DNA of 64,000 bases, taken from positions 80,478,001-80,542,000 of the forward strand of contig CM052816.1 in the NCBI GenBank assembly GCA_028534125.1. Reading direction: 5' to 3'. The notes under the pieces are model-generated. The model did not search any database, was not told the origin of the DNA, and saw only the letters and a list, made by a program, of their open reading frames with translations. Below are positions 1-13,900 of the stretch, piece after piece (position 1 is the stretch's first letter; the number at the start of each line of letters is the position of its first letter). A program made the position numbers and the translations under genes. The stretch comes from Lama glama (Eukaryota).

Positions 1-780
1 AAATATAATATGTTATAATATATAATGAAATATACAGTTGGGATGTATAAAATCTTTTCATGCAGCTTATACAGGAAAATTATTCCAAAGCAATTTTAAG
101 GATTGCTGAAAACTCCTCTGTTGGGTAGGTCAAATTTTGTTTAACTGTTCTCCTAGTTTGGACATTTACATCTTTTTCCAAAATTTTGTTATAATAAAAC
201 TCTGTATGATTATTATTTTTGTGTTGTGAATTTTGCCACCATTTAAAAATATTACTTTAGATTAGGTTCCTACAAATGAGTTACTGGAAATATTTCCAAA
301 TATTCCCCAAAAGGCAATATGTATTCCTAAGGCAACATGTAAAAGTATCTGCTTACAGTCTTACCAGCATTGACTAATGTATATTTTTGAATCTTCTCTA
401 GTTTTATATGTGAAATATGTTAGCTCATGGGTGCTCTAATTATTATTTCTTTGAGTTTTTGAGTCATTTAAAATTCTTCTTTAAGAATCACCTCTCCATG
501 TTCTTTTGTCATTTTTCCATTGGATCATTAACATTTTTCTTAATAATTCATAAGAGAGCTTCATATACAAATATATAATACATTTGTTGTGTTTGTGAGA
601 AAATACTTTTCCTGCATTTTACATTTTTGATATTTTTGACACCTAGATATTTCAGATTTTTTTGCTTGGATGTTTTTCTCTCCAGTTTCTTCCATGCCTT
701 TTATGCTTACAAAGATCTTTCCCATCCTAGTATCAGATAAGTATTCACCTATTTTTTTTCTGGTCCTTTCTTCCTGGCTT
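1..780 (-). mobile_element. Degenerate old L1 (L1ME-like) fragment
   Basis: T-rich antisense L1 3' phrases (ttgtttaac..., ttttccattgg, ttcataagagagct...atatataata). Boundaries approximate. Confidence 0.55.
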
Positions 781-1609
781 ATGATTGGATTCGGAATGAG
801 AAGAGAAGGTGGGTATATGGTATGTGCATTGCTGCTTCTGGCTCCTGGTGTCTGGGCAGACACCACTAATCTGTCACAGCATCCTGTCCTGCTCAGCCTG
901 GATGCGACCCTAGAATATTTTTCAGTGCAGTTGCAGCTCTAGCCACGACCAGCCGGTCACTGTTGGAACATGAGATTATACCTCTTTGCCATCTCTACTG
1001 GAGAACAATTCTCTGATGTTGACAAGGATGAATAGTTTAAAAATCCTAAGCATCCTACAAATCTTGTGTATTTGTGGAAAAATGGATAGTCTTGTTCTTA
1101 ATAGCACACAGTCTAATAAGATGCACGCTTAACATTTCTCGATCAGGGTCACAAGCCATCTGCAGACTTCTGGCATCTTTCTGCTGGACAGCCTCTGCTA
1201 GGTCAGAGCATCTAACCCCTGTCACTTGTCCTCCCTTTCCAACTGGCCTCAAATCTGGATCTGTCAGCAGAGATCCTCAAGAAGGCGTTTGCTGTCTTCT
1301 ACTTTTCCTGATCTCTTAGGACTGGACCCTCATCTCAGTAGACATCACTGGCCCCCCTTTGGAAGCTGGATACCGTATCCCACCCTCTCCTGGCTGTCTC
1401 GCCTCATTATCACTCATGTCTTTTCAAGACATTAGGTAAGGACCATATCTAAGCATAGCTGAACGAAGCTTAGGACTGGGTGAAAAGGCAGCAGGAGCTT
1501 CTGTAACATATGCCTGTTGTCTTCACTGCTCGCCGTACTGTAGAGGAAAAGAAAGGTACCAAGCAGAAGGGAAACTGGTGTTTATTAATCCATAATAACA
1601 ATGATTAAA

Positions 1610-1800
1610 AATAAGTTGCCATTTATTGTATGCATGGCATTGAGTTAAATACTGTACAAATATCATATCACAATAATATTCTGAGGCTGTTTTACTTATC
1701 CCTATTTATAGATGAGAAAACCAAGGCAGGTCAGAGACCTTCCAGTCAGTAAGTGTGGAGCCGGGGCTCCTGAGCTGTAAACCATTATGCTCAACCCTTC
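1610..1800 (-). mobile_element. MIR SINE
   Basis: atccctatttatagatgagaaaaccaaggc...gtaagtgtggagccggg matches the MIR core. Confidence 0.7.
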
Positions 1801-2425
1801 CACTTTCTCCACGAAGGCAGAGACCTTTCCGTTGCTGAAGAGTGTCAGGAAAATAATTAGGTCACCCTAAAGGAGCAAAGTTAAAGGATCATGGAGAGTT
1901 GCCCATTCTTCTTGGCCACAGCTAGGGATTTGTTAAAGCATACCAATGCAGTTAATGGAATATACCAGTGTGGAAAACATGACATAAAGTGGGGGCTCCC
2001 TAGAAAACAATCCTTGCTGTGTAATTAGGTGAAAGAGGGACTTTCCTGTCTTTGGACACTTGCTTCCTGATCAGTGGTGGGAACCAGCCTTTGGAAGTTC
2101 CTAAAGCAATATGTAAAATTATCTGATTGATTTCAGTATATTTTCCTCTTATTAAAAAATAATACAATTTTAGATTTTTATCCATTCATTTAGAGATTAA
2201 GGTAATAAATCAAAATTCTATATGAAAAATAAAAATAGACATTTAAACTAAATTTTAACCATATGTAGGGGCAAGTACAAGAGCAGGAGGAGACATAGGG
2301 AAGGAGACAGAGGAAAAAGGTTCTCTGATCTTTCCTGCCTCCCACCTTTCCATTAACCTATCATTCCAAAGACATTTAACTCTTACCCTCCAACACACAC
2401 ACACCAATGGACTTTGATAGCATAG

Positions 2426-2444
2426 TGATGCCATCTTGTGGCCT
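2426..2444 (-). promoter_or_regulatory. Candidate CTCF motif overlapping a YY1-like GCCATCTT
   Basis: Reverse strand reads AGGCCACAAGATGGCATCA, close to the CTCF core CCAC(C/A)AGRKGGC. Motif match only. Confidence 0.4.
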
Positions 2445-5400
2445 TGAATGATATTGATACTTATAGAATGTCACAGATCATGCCATTTTTGCAACAGCTG
2501 TCATAAACTGTATAATTTCACAGAGAAAGATTCAGATTGACCCTCTCCTAGGAAGGTCTCCCTTTCAGCCCTGGGTAGGTGGGGAAGGACATTGTTAAGA
2601 GCATCAGAGTGGAAGAAGGGAGCCTTCTATTCTATGACTTTTCCTTGGAGTCCCAGAATTGAACTTTTGCCCACAGACACAACCTTAACTATTGTGTATT
2701 TAGAAAAGTTGGATGTGTAATAAGTACTCATTGAAAAGCTACGTATATTCTGTAACACAGACACACACACACACACGGATTTCTAACCCTCTTGTTCTAC
2801 CACCTGAAACTGGGTGTTCTGATCTCACCACTGCCAGTGTCTTTTCCTTTCATTTGGGAGACTCTGCCACTTGCTAGCAAGCAGGAGTTGCCTGACCTGC
2901 CCATTGGCAAAATCCTAAATGTTCATTTGGGCGATGCTTCTGATTCTTCAGAGCACTTCAGAGCATGAGCCCGCTGGATGACATATCTCCCTGTACACTC
3001 AGTGAGCTGGAAATTGTTATCCTGCTAGACTCCATTTCTGATTGTGCAAGTTATGTCTGCATAAGAGAATGTTTGGACACTTCATACAAATATAAAGAAT
3101 ATAAAATAGCTTTTATCACACGGAGCTAAAATGAGCATTTCACATTTCCTGTGCATCAGTCTCCTGGTGCATACACACATAATATACACGCACACATACA
3201 CATGGATACACACCTGGATGTCCATATGTACGTGCACACACACACAACACACGCATGTATACAGATGACACAGGTTACTTTCTAATGAGATACTCTTTAA
3301 ATGAGATCACCACAGCTGAGAGGTTAAATGACTTGTCCAGCCATACCTGACGTTCCTGGTTAGTCATCTGATTCTAGAAATTCTTTCTCTCCATCCCTGT
3401 CCTAATTGGCCAGCCCTCTGCTGCATACTGACCCAGCTCTCTGCAGGGCTAGGTTGGCCTTTCCCAGCCTGGGGCGAGAACACGTTTTATGGAAGAGCCT
3501 GTGATAGCCTGAGGCCTGAATCCCAGCCAGCAGGGACACTGTCCTCCCCTCACTGTGGAGAAGTGGGGCTTAAAGAGCACATGGCCTCAGCAGAGAGCCT
3601 CGAGGGATGGGCTGATCCCACCAAATGCTGATGATCAGATCTCATGCTGAGAGGATGCGAGGGCCACCAGGCCGAGGGCTTATGAGTCTAGAGGTCACAG
3701 CTCTGTGGTGGGAAAGGGGTGGAACTGGGAGGTAGGGGGCACTGAAAACGCCTTCCATGCACCTCCCAGTCTGTGGCTGACTTTCACAGGTGGGTCCACC
3801 TCCCACCAGGGGCCCGGAGGGAGCATCTCACCCAGAGCAGACAGTGCTGGGTGGGTGGGAGCCCGGCTCTCTCCCCAGCTTTCCTCACACGGTCCTTCTC
3901 GTAGTCAGGGCTCTGGCTCCGCTCCACCTCTCTCCCTTTCTTCTCTTTGAGTCTGTGGATTTTCAACTGAAAAGTATTATTTCAGTAAACATCCCAAATA
4001 GAATAACTTCCTCCAGCCTCAGGGAACCCAGCGGCATACGAAGAATGGGGCCTCCTTCTGGGGGAAGAGGGTGGGCTCGGGCTGGCCCGGGAGGAAGACG
4101 GGAAGTCCAGGACTTGTTGAACTGACACCTGAGCATTTCATGGACACGCCAGAAGTTGGAGTCCATTTTTGTTAAATTTCTTTTTTCTCTGTCTGAAGTA
4201 TGAGGGGTTGTAGTCTTTGTGTTTTTGATCAGTTTGCTGATATGTTCTGAGTGCCTGCAGTCTAGATGCCCAGGGTAGATTGTGAATGGAACAGGCAACG
4301 TGCCCTCAGGGAGCCCACGGTCTCATGGCAAGACTGATAGAGAAACAGATAAATGATGCAAATCAACAAAAGCAAATGCGAACCAGTAAGAACCAGAAAT
4401 GGAATTATCAGGCGAAGAAGTAACAGGGGACGAAGGGGGTGCCAGGATGGTCTGCGGGACTCTTAGGCTGAGATGGAAGGAGAGGAGCCCCCCTACTCAA
4501 AATCCAGGAGGAAAATGCATGCAGGCCTTGAGCAGTGGCTGCTTGGCTTGTTTGAGGACTTGAAAGAAGGCTTCCAGAGAGACGATAAAGGGAATGAACC
4601 TGGAGAGAGAGAGCCAGGAGCTCTGTTGAATAAGCCCTGAGCTAACACTCATGTATCTCTAATCTAGAGGTCTTGGAAAGTCTAGAAAATGGAGATGCCC
4701 AAGAAACTGAGAACTCAGGACGCTATCTGTAAAGCTTACGTTTGCGTCTTTCTCTCCTCAAAGCAAAACCTCTCACCTTCAGAAAACTGTTCTTTCTCTA
4801 GAGAGGCAGCTGCAAAGCCGTGAAATGCCTCCAAGGAGAAAGGAAAGAGACACAAGTCTGAATGACCTGCTCTCGGATTGCTGAGCGTTCATTCGGAAAT
4901 GCAGGGACACGTCCTTGTCTGTATCATCCCAGGCCAGACCTTTAGGCTGGACTTGACCTTAACCCAGACTTCCGGGACCAGGGCAGCCCTGATTCATGGT
5001 GCCCAGTCCAACTCTGTTTCACTTTCCTGCTTCTCAGCGCTGTTCCCCCAGCAGGTGAGGTGGAAACACTCCTCCGTGGGAGGGAGAGGAGGAGAGAGAG
5101 GACTGTGTGGGAGCCTCTGTCCAGGGGGTGGTGAGCTGACCTGATTAGAGCCCGAAGCTCCCCTGGAACGGGAAGGAAAACAGAGCAGCTGTCAAAGATC
5201 CAAGTCAAGGAGGTGCTGCCCCCATAGGCAGATTTCTGGACCTCGCCTCCCAGAAGGGTGGATTCATGTGGCTTCAGATAGTGGAAGGGATCAGAGCACC
5301 AGACAAGTGTAAGGGATGATTTTTAGGGAGGTGCTAAAGACAGATGATTTCTAGGTGGTCACGTGACTGGAAACTTGGAGCTCAGCCCCTGAGTTTCTTT

Positions 5401-5770
5401 AGGAACCCGTATCTGCAGCCCTCCACCCAGGCCTCCTCAAATAAGCCTCCAGCGTGAAAGAGATCAGTGTCTTCGCCAAGTAAAGGGGACTTCAAGGTGA
5501 GTCCTCTGGACATATGCCTTTCCAACCAGATTGCTGCCTTAAGCTCCTTCCTTACAGATTTTTCTAGTGACCACCATACACCAAGCTTGTTTGGTGGCCA
5601 CTGCTTGGGCTGTGTAGTGGAAGGTGACCTAGAACAGGACACAGACCTGGGTTCTCAGCCTGACATTGGCACTAATGCTCTGTGTGGTCTGGGGCAAGTG
5701 ACTCACCCTCTCAGGGCCTCCATTTCTTCAGCTATGAATTAAAGAGTTGGGGATATATTTTCTAAAATAG

Positions 5771-5945
5771 CAGTGGTTCTTGAACTGGAGCCTGCATCAG
5801 AACCCCCTGGAGGGCTTGTTAAAATCTCTGGGCGCCCCTCCCCCCTGAGTTTCCGGTCCACTGGGTCTTGAGTGGAGCCCAGGCATGTGCATTTATAACA
5901 AGTTCCCAGGGGATGCTGATGCTGCTTGGGAGTCTGCCTGGAGAT
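5771..5945. mobile_element. MER5A-like hAT-Charlie DNA transposon
   Basis: cagtggttct...gcatcagaaccccctggagggcttgttaaa...tgcatttataacaagttcccaggggatgctgatgctgct. Confidence 0.85.
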
Positions 5946-6525
5946 GGGAGTTTCCTGAGGTGTCCCCAGGATGAGTTGTAGCCATGGTTGCAGACTTCAC
6001 AAGGTGAGGGTTTCCTCACTGACGCATCTGGCAAGGCTGTCCACAGCTGTAGTTCCTCGAGGGGCTCTAAGCAGTGCCCGGCTCCTGATTCTGTTTTTTG
6101 ATGGTCGTAATCTCCTTTCAGATGCTTCATCTCTGCCCCCTTTTTCCTCCTTCCTCTGATTTGGCAAGTTTATATCCACAGAGCTTTAAATAGTTCAGAG
6201 AGTTTTGACCTCTGGGATGACAACTGAGTTTGATATTGTAAAGGGGGAGAGTTCTGGGTAATGAAAAAAACCTCCCTCTCTAGGGCTGGATGAGATGATA
6301 AGACAGGGGAGGAAGGACTGGTTCTCGTACTAAATGTCTTCCCTTAATATCTAGTCTTATATGATCAGATAAAGAGAAACTGTGTCGAGGGAGCCAGGCA
6401 ACCCGGGAGGATTCACTGGAAGGAAATTGGGATTGGAATTTAAAGCAGAATGTTAAAGGAGCTTAAAGGTCATCCAACTCAGTGGTTTTTAGAAACCAGT
6501 GTTTCTGCAGAATTGTATCAGGGGC

Positions 6526-6986
6526 TGTTACAGGGGTGCTGACTGTCCACTTTTCAAAGGCCGCCAGAAGCATCTGGTGAGCAAGCAGAGCGAGGTTGGT
6601 TAGATGTGCTGGAGTAAAGGAGAGCTCGGTGCTGTCGCATTGCAGGGAAGGTGGGCAGGGAACTTGTGGGCTTTGGGGGCCTGAGGTGGGTGATTTCAAG
6701 GCAGGTCTTATAAGGGAGGAAATGGTTGGGATTTGGACATGTTTATGACAGAATAGCTTGGGATTGGTGAGCTCAGCATATTAAAATGGACCTTGATAAG
6801 CAAACTATTATATAGTTTGCTTAATACGTATAACCTTACCCTCCAGGAAAGGACTGTCCAGAACCCACAGCTAGCGTACTCCTGCTCAATTTCAAGATTG
6901 TTTAAAATAGAAACAAAAAAGAATGTCTGTTTCTAGAATTGTTTTGCATAAAGAAATACAGGGAATCATGTGGACTTCAGTCCTCA
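6526..6986 (-). mobile_element. Ancient solo LTR (family uncertain)
   Basis: TGTTACA...CCTCA termini with an imperfect 4-bp flank repeat gggc/ggac. Confidence 0.5.
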
Positions 6987-8724
6987 GGACCAAGGAGAGC
7001 GGTTGCTGTTTGGGTGCTTGCCCCTCCCCTGCCCTCTCAATCAACTAGAGCACCTGCACATTCTTCTGTTTTCTGTTTGGGGTTTCTCCATCAGATTTCA
7101 TTGAAAGAAAGGGCTTTATATCTTGAAAGGGGTTCAGACTCCAGACGTACACAAAAATCCCCATTTAGAATAGAGAACACTGAAGTCCAGAGGGGAGGGG
7201 CAGTCACACCATTGGTTCATGGCACAGAAGAGGGCACGCACCAGCTTGTACCATGCCCCTGGGGCAGTCAAGACAGCAATGCTGGGCTCAACCACAAGTC
7301 ACCACCAAAATCTGAGTGGTACCCAGTAAAGCTGTCTCTCTCTCATGTACATCTGAAGGGATGAGACAGCTTTCCCACATCTTCCATCTTTCCCACAGGA
7401 AACACATGGTCTCCAACATGCTGTGGGAGAAGAGAGGAAAGTGGTGGCTCGGTGGCTCACTGGCTCTGAGATCCAGGAGCAGTTGAAAATACGGGTTACA
7501 TCCATGCACAGGCCACTGGCCCCAACCTGACTGCAAGGGAGGCTGGGATGCCCAGAGGAGCCCAGGAAACACTGGTGTGCACTGACTACCTCTGCCTCAT
7601 CCAGGATTTGGGGGTGCATGCATGCTTCATCTTGTGCTGTTTTATCCCCTAGTTTCTAGAGGAGAAACTTAAAGAGCAGTAAGGAGCAGTAACTTGACCA
7701 CTCCTCACAGGCTGGAACTGATGTGGCCAGCACTTGAACCCAGATCTGACTGAAGACCAGTGCTCTTGTCTCTCCCCTACCCTGCTAGGAAAAGAGACAT
7801 GGGGGCGACGAAGAGGCCAAAGCCAGATGGCTTTGAGGTAGGAGAGATCTGTGTACTTTGGAGGCAGAGAGGCAGGAACGGGTAGACCTGAAGTTGAAAT
7901 GTAGGAGGTTGAAGGAAGACATATAAGATCTTAATGAGAAAAACAGGATTAAAAGCACAGATAAAGTGTTAGCAAGCAGAAAGAGATGGAATTATTTCTC
8001 TTCCTCTTACACAAAAGAAAGAATGAGAGAGCAGTTTACAGACAGTGAATATAAGGATAAATGGAGCCTGTACGCAAAACTTGGGATTCTGGTGACAGAT
8101 GACAGTAAAAAGGGGAGGAGCCCACACTGAGGGGTTAGGAAAAATAGCATGGTATTTAGATGAACCAGGTTGGCACTGGGTCTTGTGATCTGAGCTTCTC
8201 CATCACCTGGCCCCTCCTCTCTCTCTGGCTTCCCTCTGGCTTCTATGATCTCGCTCTGAGGCTGCGGGCTGGGCGCTTCCTCCTTGCTCGCAGCCTGCTC
8301 TGCCTCAGTGAGGCCAGTTTGCTGTTCCAGCGTCATCAGACTTTGGTGGTCACTGCTCGTCCTCACTTAGTGACCCCTCAGTTGCCTGCCTTGAGCCACC
8401 TGCTTCCAGAATTACTCCTGATGAATTCCTCTCTAGCCCTTTGGCTTGTTAACAGAGTAGTTGTCCCCTCTGCACTCTTTTCATCCCTCCAGCTAATGAC
8501 AGTCCTCAGATCTACATAGCTAAATTCTGCTTAAAGGAATCAAACTCATTTTGATATTTGGTCTAAGAAAAAAATAGGAAGATCCAGGTTTCTTAGGAGA
8601 GGCAGCGAGGCTGCCTGAGTTCACATCCCAGTTCCACCCCTAACCAACTCTGAGACTTCACACAGGTTACTTAATCTCTCTGGGGCCCACTCTTTCTTCA
8701 TCTGTAAGATGGGGAGAGTAGTAG

Positions 8725-9241
8725 TGTTACCAGAGAGTAGGTTCTTGTCTCCTACAGGAAAGAATTCAAGAGCAAGCTGTAGTAAAATGAAAGAAAATTT
8801 ATTTAGAGAGATGCATACTCCATAGACAGAGTGCAGGCTGTTTCAGAAGGGAGAGTGGCCCTGGGAGATGGGGGTCCTCTCAGGATTAAGAGTGGCCCTG
8901 GGATGCAGGGGTGCTTGGTTTTTATGGGCTTGATAATTTCATATGCTAACAAGTGGGGGGATTATTCCAACTATTTTGGGGAAGGGGCAGGGATTTCCAG
9001 TAATTGGGCCACCGCCCACTTTTTGGTCTTTTATGGTTGGCCTCAGAACTGTCATGGCACCTGTAGGTGTGCCATTAGCATGCTAATATATTACAATGAG
9101 TGTATAATGAGGCCCAAGGTCCCCTGGAAGTCCAGTCTTCCACCATCTTGGGCCTAGTTGGTTCTAACCAGTTTGCGTCCTTTCCTCAATTGCTGTGTCA
9201 TTCTTTTAATAGTTGTGCCCTGCCCCCTTCCCTCCTGCTCA
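8725..9241 (-). mobile_element. Solo ERV1-class LTR inserted into a MIR
   Basis: TG...CA termini, perfect 4-bp TSD gtag (8721-8724, 9242-9245), antisense tttattt signal. MIR sequence is interrupted on the left and resumes on the right. Confidence 0.85.
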
Positions 9242-10314
9242 GTAGTTTTTTACCTCATACTATGTTTCTAAGCATTAAAATTTGTTGCTATAGCTAAAAG
9301 ATTAGGATAAACTAGAACGAAAACTTAGACCAGTGGTAAGAATAATGTAACTGTTTCCCATCATCATTTTTGTTATCAAACACAAGCAACACAATCAAGG
9401 TCAACAGTGATAATGGTTCTATTATTTGTAAAGATCTGTGTCACTACTTTGCTTTATTCTCATAGCAAATCATTACTAGTGGCCCATACCACTCTTTTGG
9501 TTATAAGAGCTTTCATTAAGTTTAAATATAAAAAGGTATCTTCTGAGTTTGATGGAAATGTGGTTCCAGTGTTAGTCATATTATAGTTTTGTATTCTTGC
9601 CACGGGAAATATTGTGAGCAAAGGAGTGCTTTTATCTCAAGTTATAAGGGAAAGTTTTATTGAAACCAGGATGAGGGGGAAGTCTTGTCACGTTGCCATC
9701 AGAATGAAAAGAAGAGTCTTCACTCACTCATCCTGCTGCTTGTTTATATAAAGAAATCTCGGCATCAGGTCCTTGTGAGGAGAGACTACAGCATTTGAGC
9801 TGAGTTCTTTGGGGGCTCAAAGGACCATCGAGAGAAGGGCAGTCTCGTTTAGTAAGATGGGAGGCTGAGCTGCTGGTTTTCATTCTCAGCAAAGTTTCCT
9901 GCTCGAAACAAACAAAGGAAGGTGCAGGTGGTGAAAGGGGGAGGCTGTGGAACCGACCCAGGAAAGTTGAGATAAATCCAACTCAGGATGCAGAATTCAA
10001 ATATTTTCTCTGGTGTTGACAGGAAGGGTGGGCTGAGTGTTCGCTCTGCTGTCTCAGCAGTATGTTCTGTCCCGCCACTCCCCTGTCATCACCAGGCCTG
10101 AAGCCTTTAAAATACCAACACTTAGCATTTTGCGGGTGGAAATCCAGATTTAGGGAAAAGGAACCCTTCCATATTGGGAGATCGTGGGGCCCTTTGCTCC
10201 GGCCACCTTGGAGCTGTAGAGAAGGGAGAAAGGCAAGGATCCCTCCCACAGTTCATCCTGCCTCCTGATCTGAATGCCTTATGACAACTGATTGACCTGT
10301 TGTGGAGTTTTTAG

Positions 10315-10900
10315 GCTTTTTTAAAAAATTCATTCAACTTAAAAAAGTTATCAGATCCAAGTGCACATGTCACAAGTACACAATTTATAAATTTTCACAA
10401 ACTAAACATCCTCAGGTAACTAACACCCAGATCAAGACACAGAATATGACCAGCCCTCCAGAAGCCCTCCTGTGCCTCTTTCTTCTGCCCTGACCTCTAA
10501 CAGAATAGATTGCTTTTGCCTTCTTGGTACTTCATATAAATGGGATAATTCAGTGCATACTCTTCATACCTGGCTTTTTACCTCATCGTTACCTTGGTGA
10601 GATTCATTCATAATGTTGCACATGGTTGGAGATCATTCTTGGCTGTAGAGAATTCTATCGTGTGAACACTTGATGAGCTTTTGGCAATTTCTATTTGGGC
10701 TTTTTTTTTACTGGTGTTGCTGTGAACCTTCTAGTGCATGTCTTTTGGTGGATGTGTGCACATTTTGGGGGGATATACGTGTGTGCACTTGGAACACACA
10801 CGCACACGCACTCCCTTCACACCTAGGAGGGGAATTGCTGGGTCATACAATGTGTGTATATTTAGCTTCAGTTGTTACTGGCAGTTTTATAAAATGGTTG
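10315..10900 (-). mobile_element. Old L1 (L1ME-like) 3' fragment
   Basis: acacccagatcaagacacagaatatgaccagccctccagaag...ggaattgctgggtcata, a typical antisense L1M 3' UTR. Confidence 0.75.
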
Positions 10901-13900
10901 TACATTTTATATGGAATCCCCCTACAATTTAGTGTAGGGGGATTCCATTTGTTCTCCATTCAACTTTTGTGCCCTTAGATTCCAGGGCCAGCACGACAGA
11001 CTGCACATGCAATAAGCACATATAACAAGGAACAGACCATAGTCAGCTCAGCATTCTTTTCAAAGCAGAGCTAATGCTGCGGCTGCTCCCCTCAGCTGCT
11101 CTCTGTCTGACCAATGAGATTTATCCTTGGAGCCATCAAGTCCCCAGTGGTATGAACTCTGATCAGACCCCTGGTTCTGGCTTTTCTTTGACTGTTGAGA
11201 ATCCTGGTGAGCATCTGTTGTCGATGATTGCCATCAAAGGACAGTCTCCACGGCCTATTTATAACGAGGAGGGTGGAAGGACTTGGAATGCTTTTTCCTG
11301 AATCCAGAAAAACTTACTGGAGTTGGAAAATAAAGCCCCTTTTTAGAATTGGCAATCACTTTTTGGGGGAAAGGGGAGCTATTAAGAGCTTATTTAAGAA
11401 GCTTAATATGTTGATGTCAGAAATCTCTTTCATCCTCACCAAAGAATTGATCTTAATCCCATTGTCTAATTGGATAAGAGTCGTTCACAATTTTAGACGT
11501 CTCTGGATAGCTTCCATTGTGGATGCTTGTTTGGATGTTTTTACAGGCGGCATATTTTCCTGTGGAATGCTTGGCAAACGTTTGTAATGAAGAGTTGGAT
11601 TTGAAGTTGTGGATACAGATGGATAAGGTCACCCTACAAATCAACCATCGAGTAACATTAAATGTTTAAATTGGATATAAATAAGTGCTTTGGCTCTTCC
11701 CTTCCTTCTCCCCCTCTCTCCAAGTATTTTTCTTTCACTTCCATCTTTCAATAATCAGCAATAGTTTTACTGGATGTTGGGCAAAAGACTTGTTCTTTTT
11801 TTGTTAATAGAGCATTCATCTATCATAGCAACTTCTCCACTTTTAATGGAACTAGTAAAATTTCTCCTTTCCATGCTACCTTTTATTCATAAGTTAACTT
11901 AAGTTCTAGCAAGTAAAGATGACAAAAGCCAGTGGCCAGGAGTCGAGGAGAATTTGTCTTATGGGTAAGGTATTTAGCCTGAGGGATTTCAAATGCCACT
12001 TTGCATGATGAACCCCCTTAAGATTCTTAGAAATTGATGGTGCAGTGAAACCACTCATCTTAATAGATGCTCGTTGGACAGCCAAGCCACCAGACCATCT
12101 TATGACTCCCTGGTCAGAAAAGCAAGTTACTCATGTATGCAACTATTTAGCAGCTAAATTTCTGGAAATAGAATTGCTAGGTCAAAGGGTAAGTCCATTT
12201 AAAAATTTTAGAAATATTGCCAGATGGTGCTCCAGAAAGCTCGCATCACTTTTCACTCAGTCTGCAGTGTACCAGAGTGTCTCTTTTTCTCCTCACCTCC
12301 TTTAAAACCTGTCACAAAAATGAATTCCTCTTGGATTCTCTTTAGAGCCCTCCTATACAGCTCCATTCTGCCATTGCCTTGGCATCTGTCTTTTTCTTCT
12401 CAATGGCTCATATTTTGCGTATTTTTACAACTTACTTACTTTCCCACTTCGTCCACCCACCCAACCCCTCTACTGTCCTACCTAAGCATTAAATTAAAAC
12501 CCAAGTGGATTGGAAGAACTGTTAAGCTCTCATTGGTGTAGCTGGTTCAATCCTAATTTTGCAACAACTTACAAAATAGACAAATTGGGTAAGTTGAGGA
12601 ATACCTGTATAATGATAAAGATATTGAGACAAGGACCATTAAATTATTCACAGTGACCAAAGAAAGTCTTTTATTTGGGACGGGATGGTTGGTGGGGGAA
12701 GAGAGTATTTATGAGAGACAGTGCAGTGGTTAAGAGCCAAAATGCCTCTGTTTAAATCGTTGCTCAGCCACTGTGTGACTAGTAAGGAACTTATGCCATC
12801 TGTAAAATGGGGATAATAGTTGTACTTCCCTCACAGGTTTCTTGCATAGATTCAATGACTTAATATATGCAAAGCACTTCTCATAGGATCTGGTATAGCA
12901 CCATTATTACTAGTTTAGGGCTATTACTATGAGTTTGTTGCTTCCTTTTCTTCCGTGGGCTTAACTATTCCATTGGGCAAGAAGATGAAAAGTCTGCTCT
13001 GAGTTCCCTTCATCAGACTAGCTGAAATTTGGATGTATAGAAAGGCAGTTTATTGAAAGCACTGAGCTTTTGTGCCTGAAAAAAACAGGCAAGGTGGTGC
13101 TAAAAGACAGTGGCATAGGAAGGGTACAGATTTTGTCTTATCTGTTAAAAAATATTGCCGGCGTGAGCCTCCGTTTTTTTTTTTTTAACAGTTTGATAGA
13201 CAGGGTGTCTAGCATAAAATGGGTGCCTCTTTCTTCCTCCTCCTGCTTCATCTGACAAGCCTTCAGCAAAGAAATAGTGCAATGCAAACCCCCTTGATGC
13301 CGGGACATAGGACTTCCTTCCTTTGCTGTCTTCTCTGGCCGATGGCCCCTCTCACCTGTGACACACCCCCCCCCCAAAAGCCAAAAATTACGTGGAATTT
13401 CTTTCTTAATCAATTTCTGCTTCCATCCGACTTTCCAGCCTCTAAATCCATAGAGTATTTTTTAGCTTTACTTGGGCCCAAAAATGTATGCATGTTCTTA
13501 GATTTTTTTCCCTTCCCAAACCAGTAAAATAAGAATTCTGTGTTGGCAAGCTCAATGACTCTCTCCCTATCCTCTGAGCAGAGTTTACTCCGACTAGATC
13601 AGTTCTTTGGGGGCTTTTATAATGTTGAATCAGAAAGAAAGTGAAAATGGACAAGAATCTGAAACCCCTGGGCTTGGGCTGGGGGAGGAGATTTCCCAGG
13701 GACATTTGGAGGGAGGCTGTGAGTTTAAGAGATTGATCCTTGTTGTGATGATTCGTCATTGCAAGCAAATTACTTTGGGTTATTTTAAATTAATTTTGTT
13801 AGCGGCTGAACTGTGATCCTTTGTTCATATCAAAATATAATTTTCAATGACTGAAAAAACACTGTGTGATAAAAATTGTGGTGAGCATGTGCAAGGTTTT

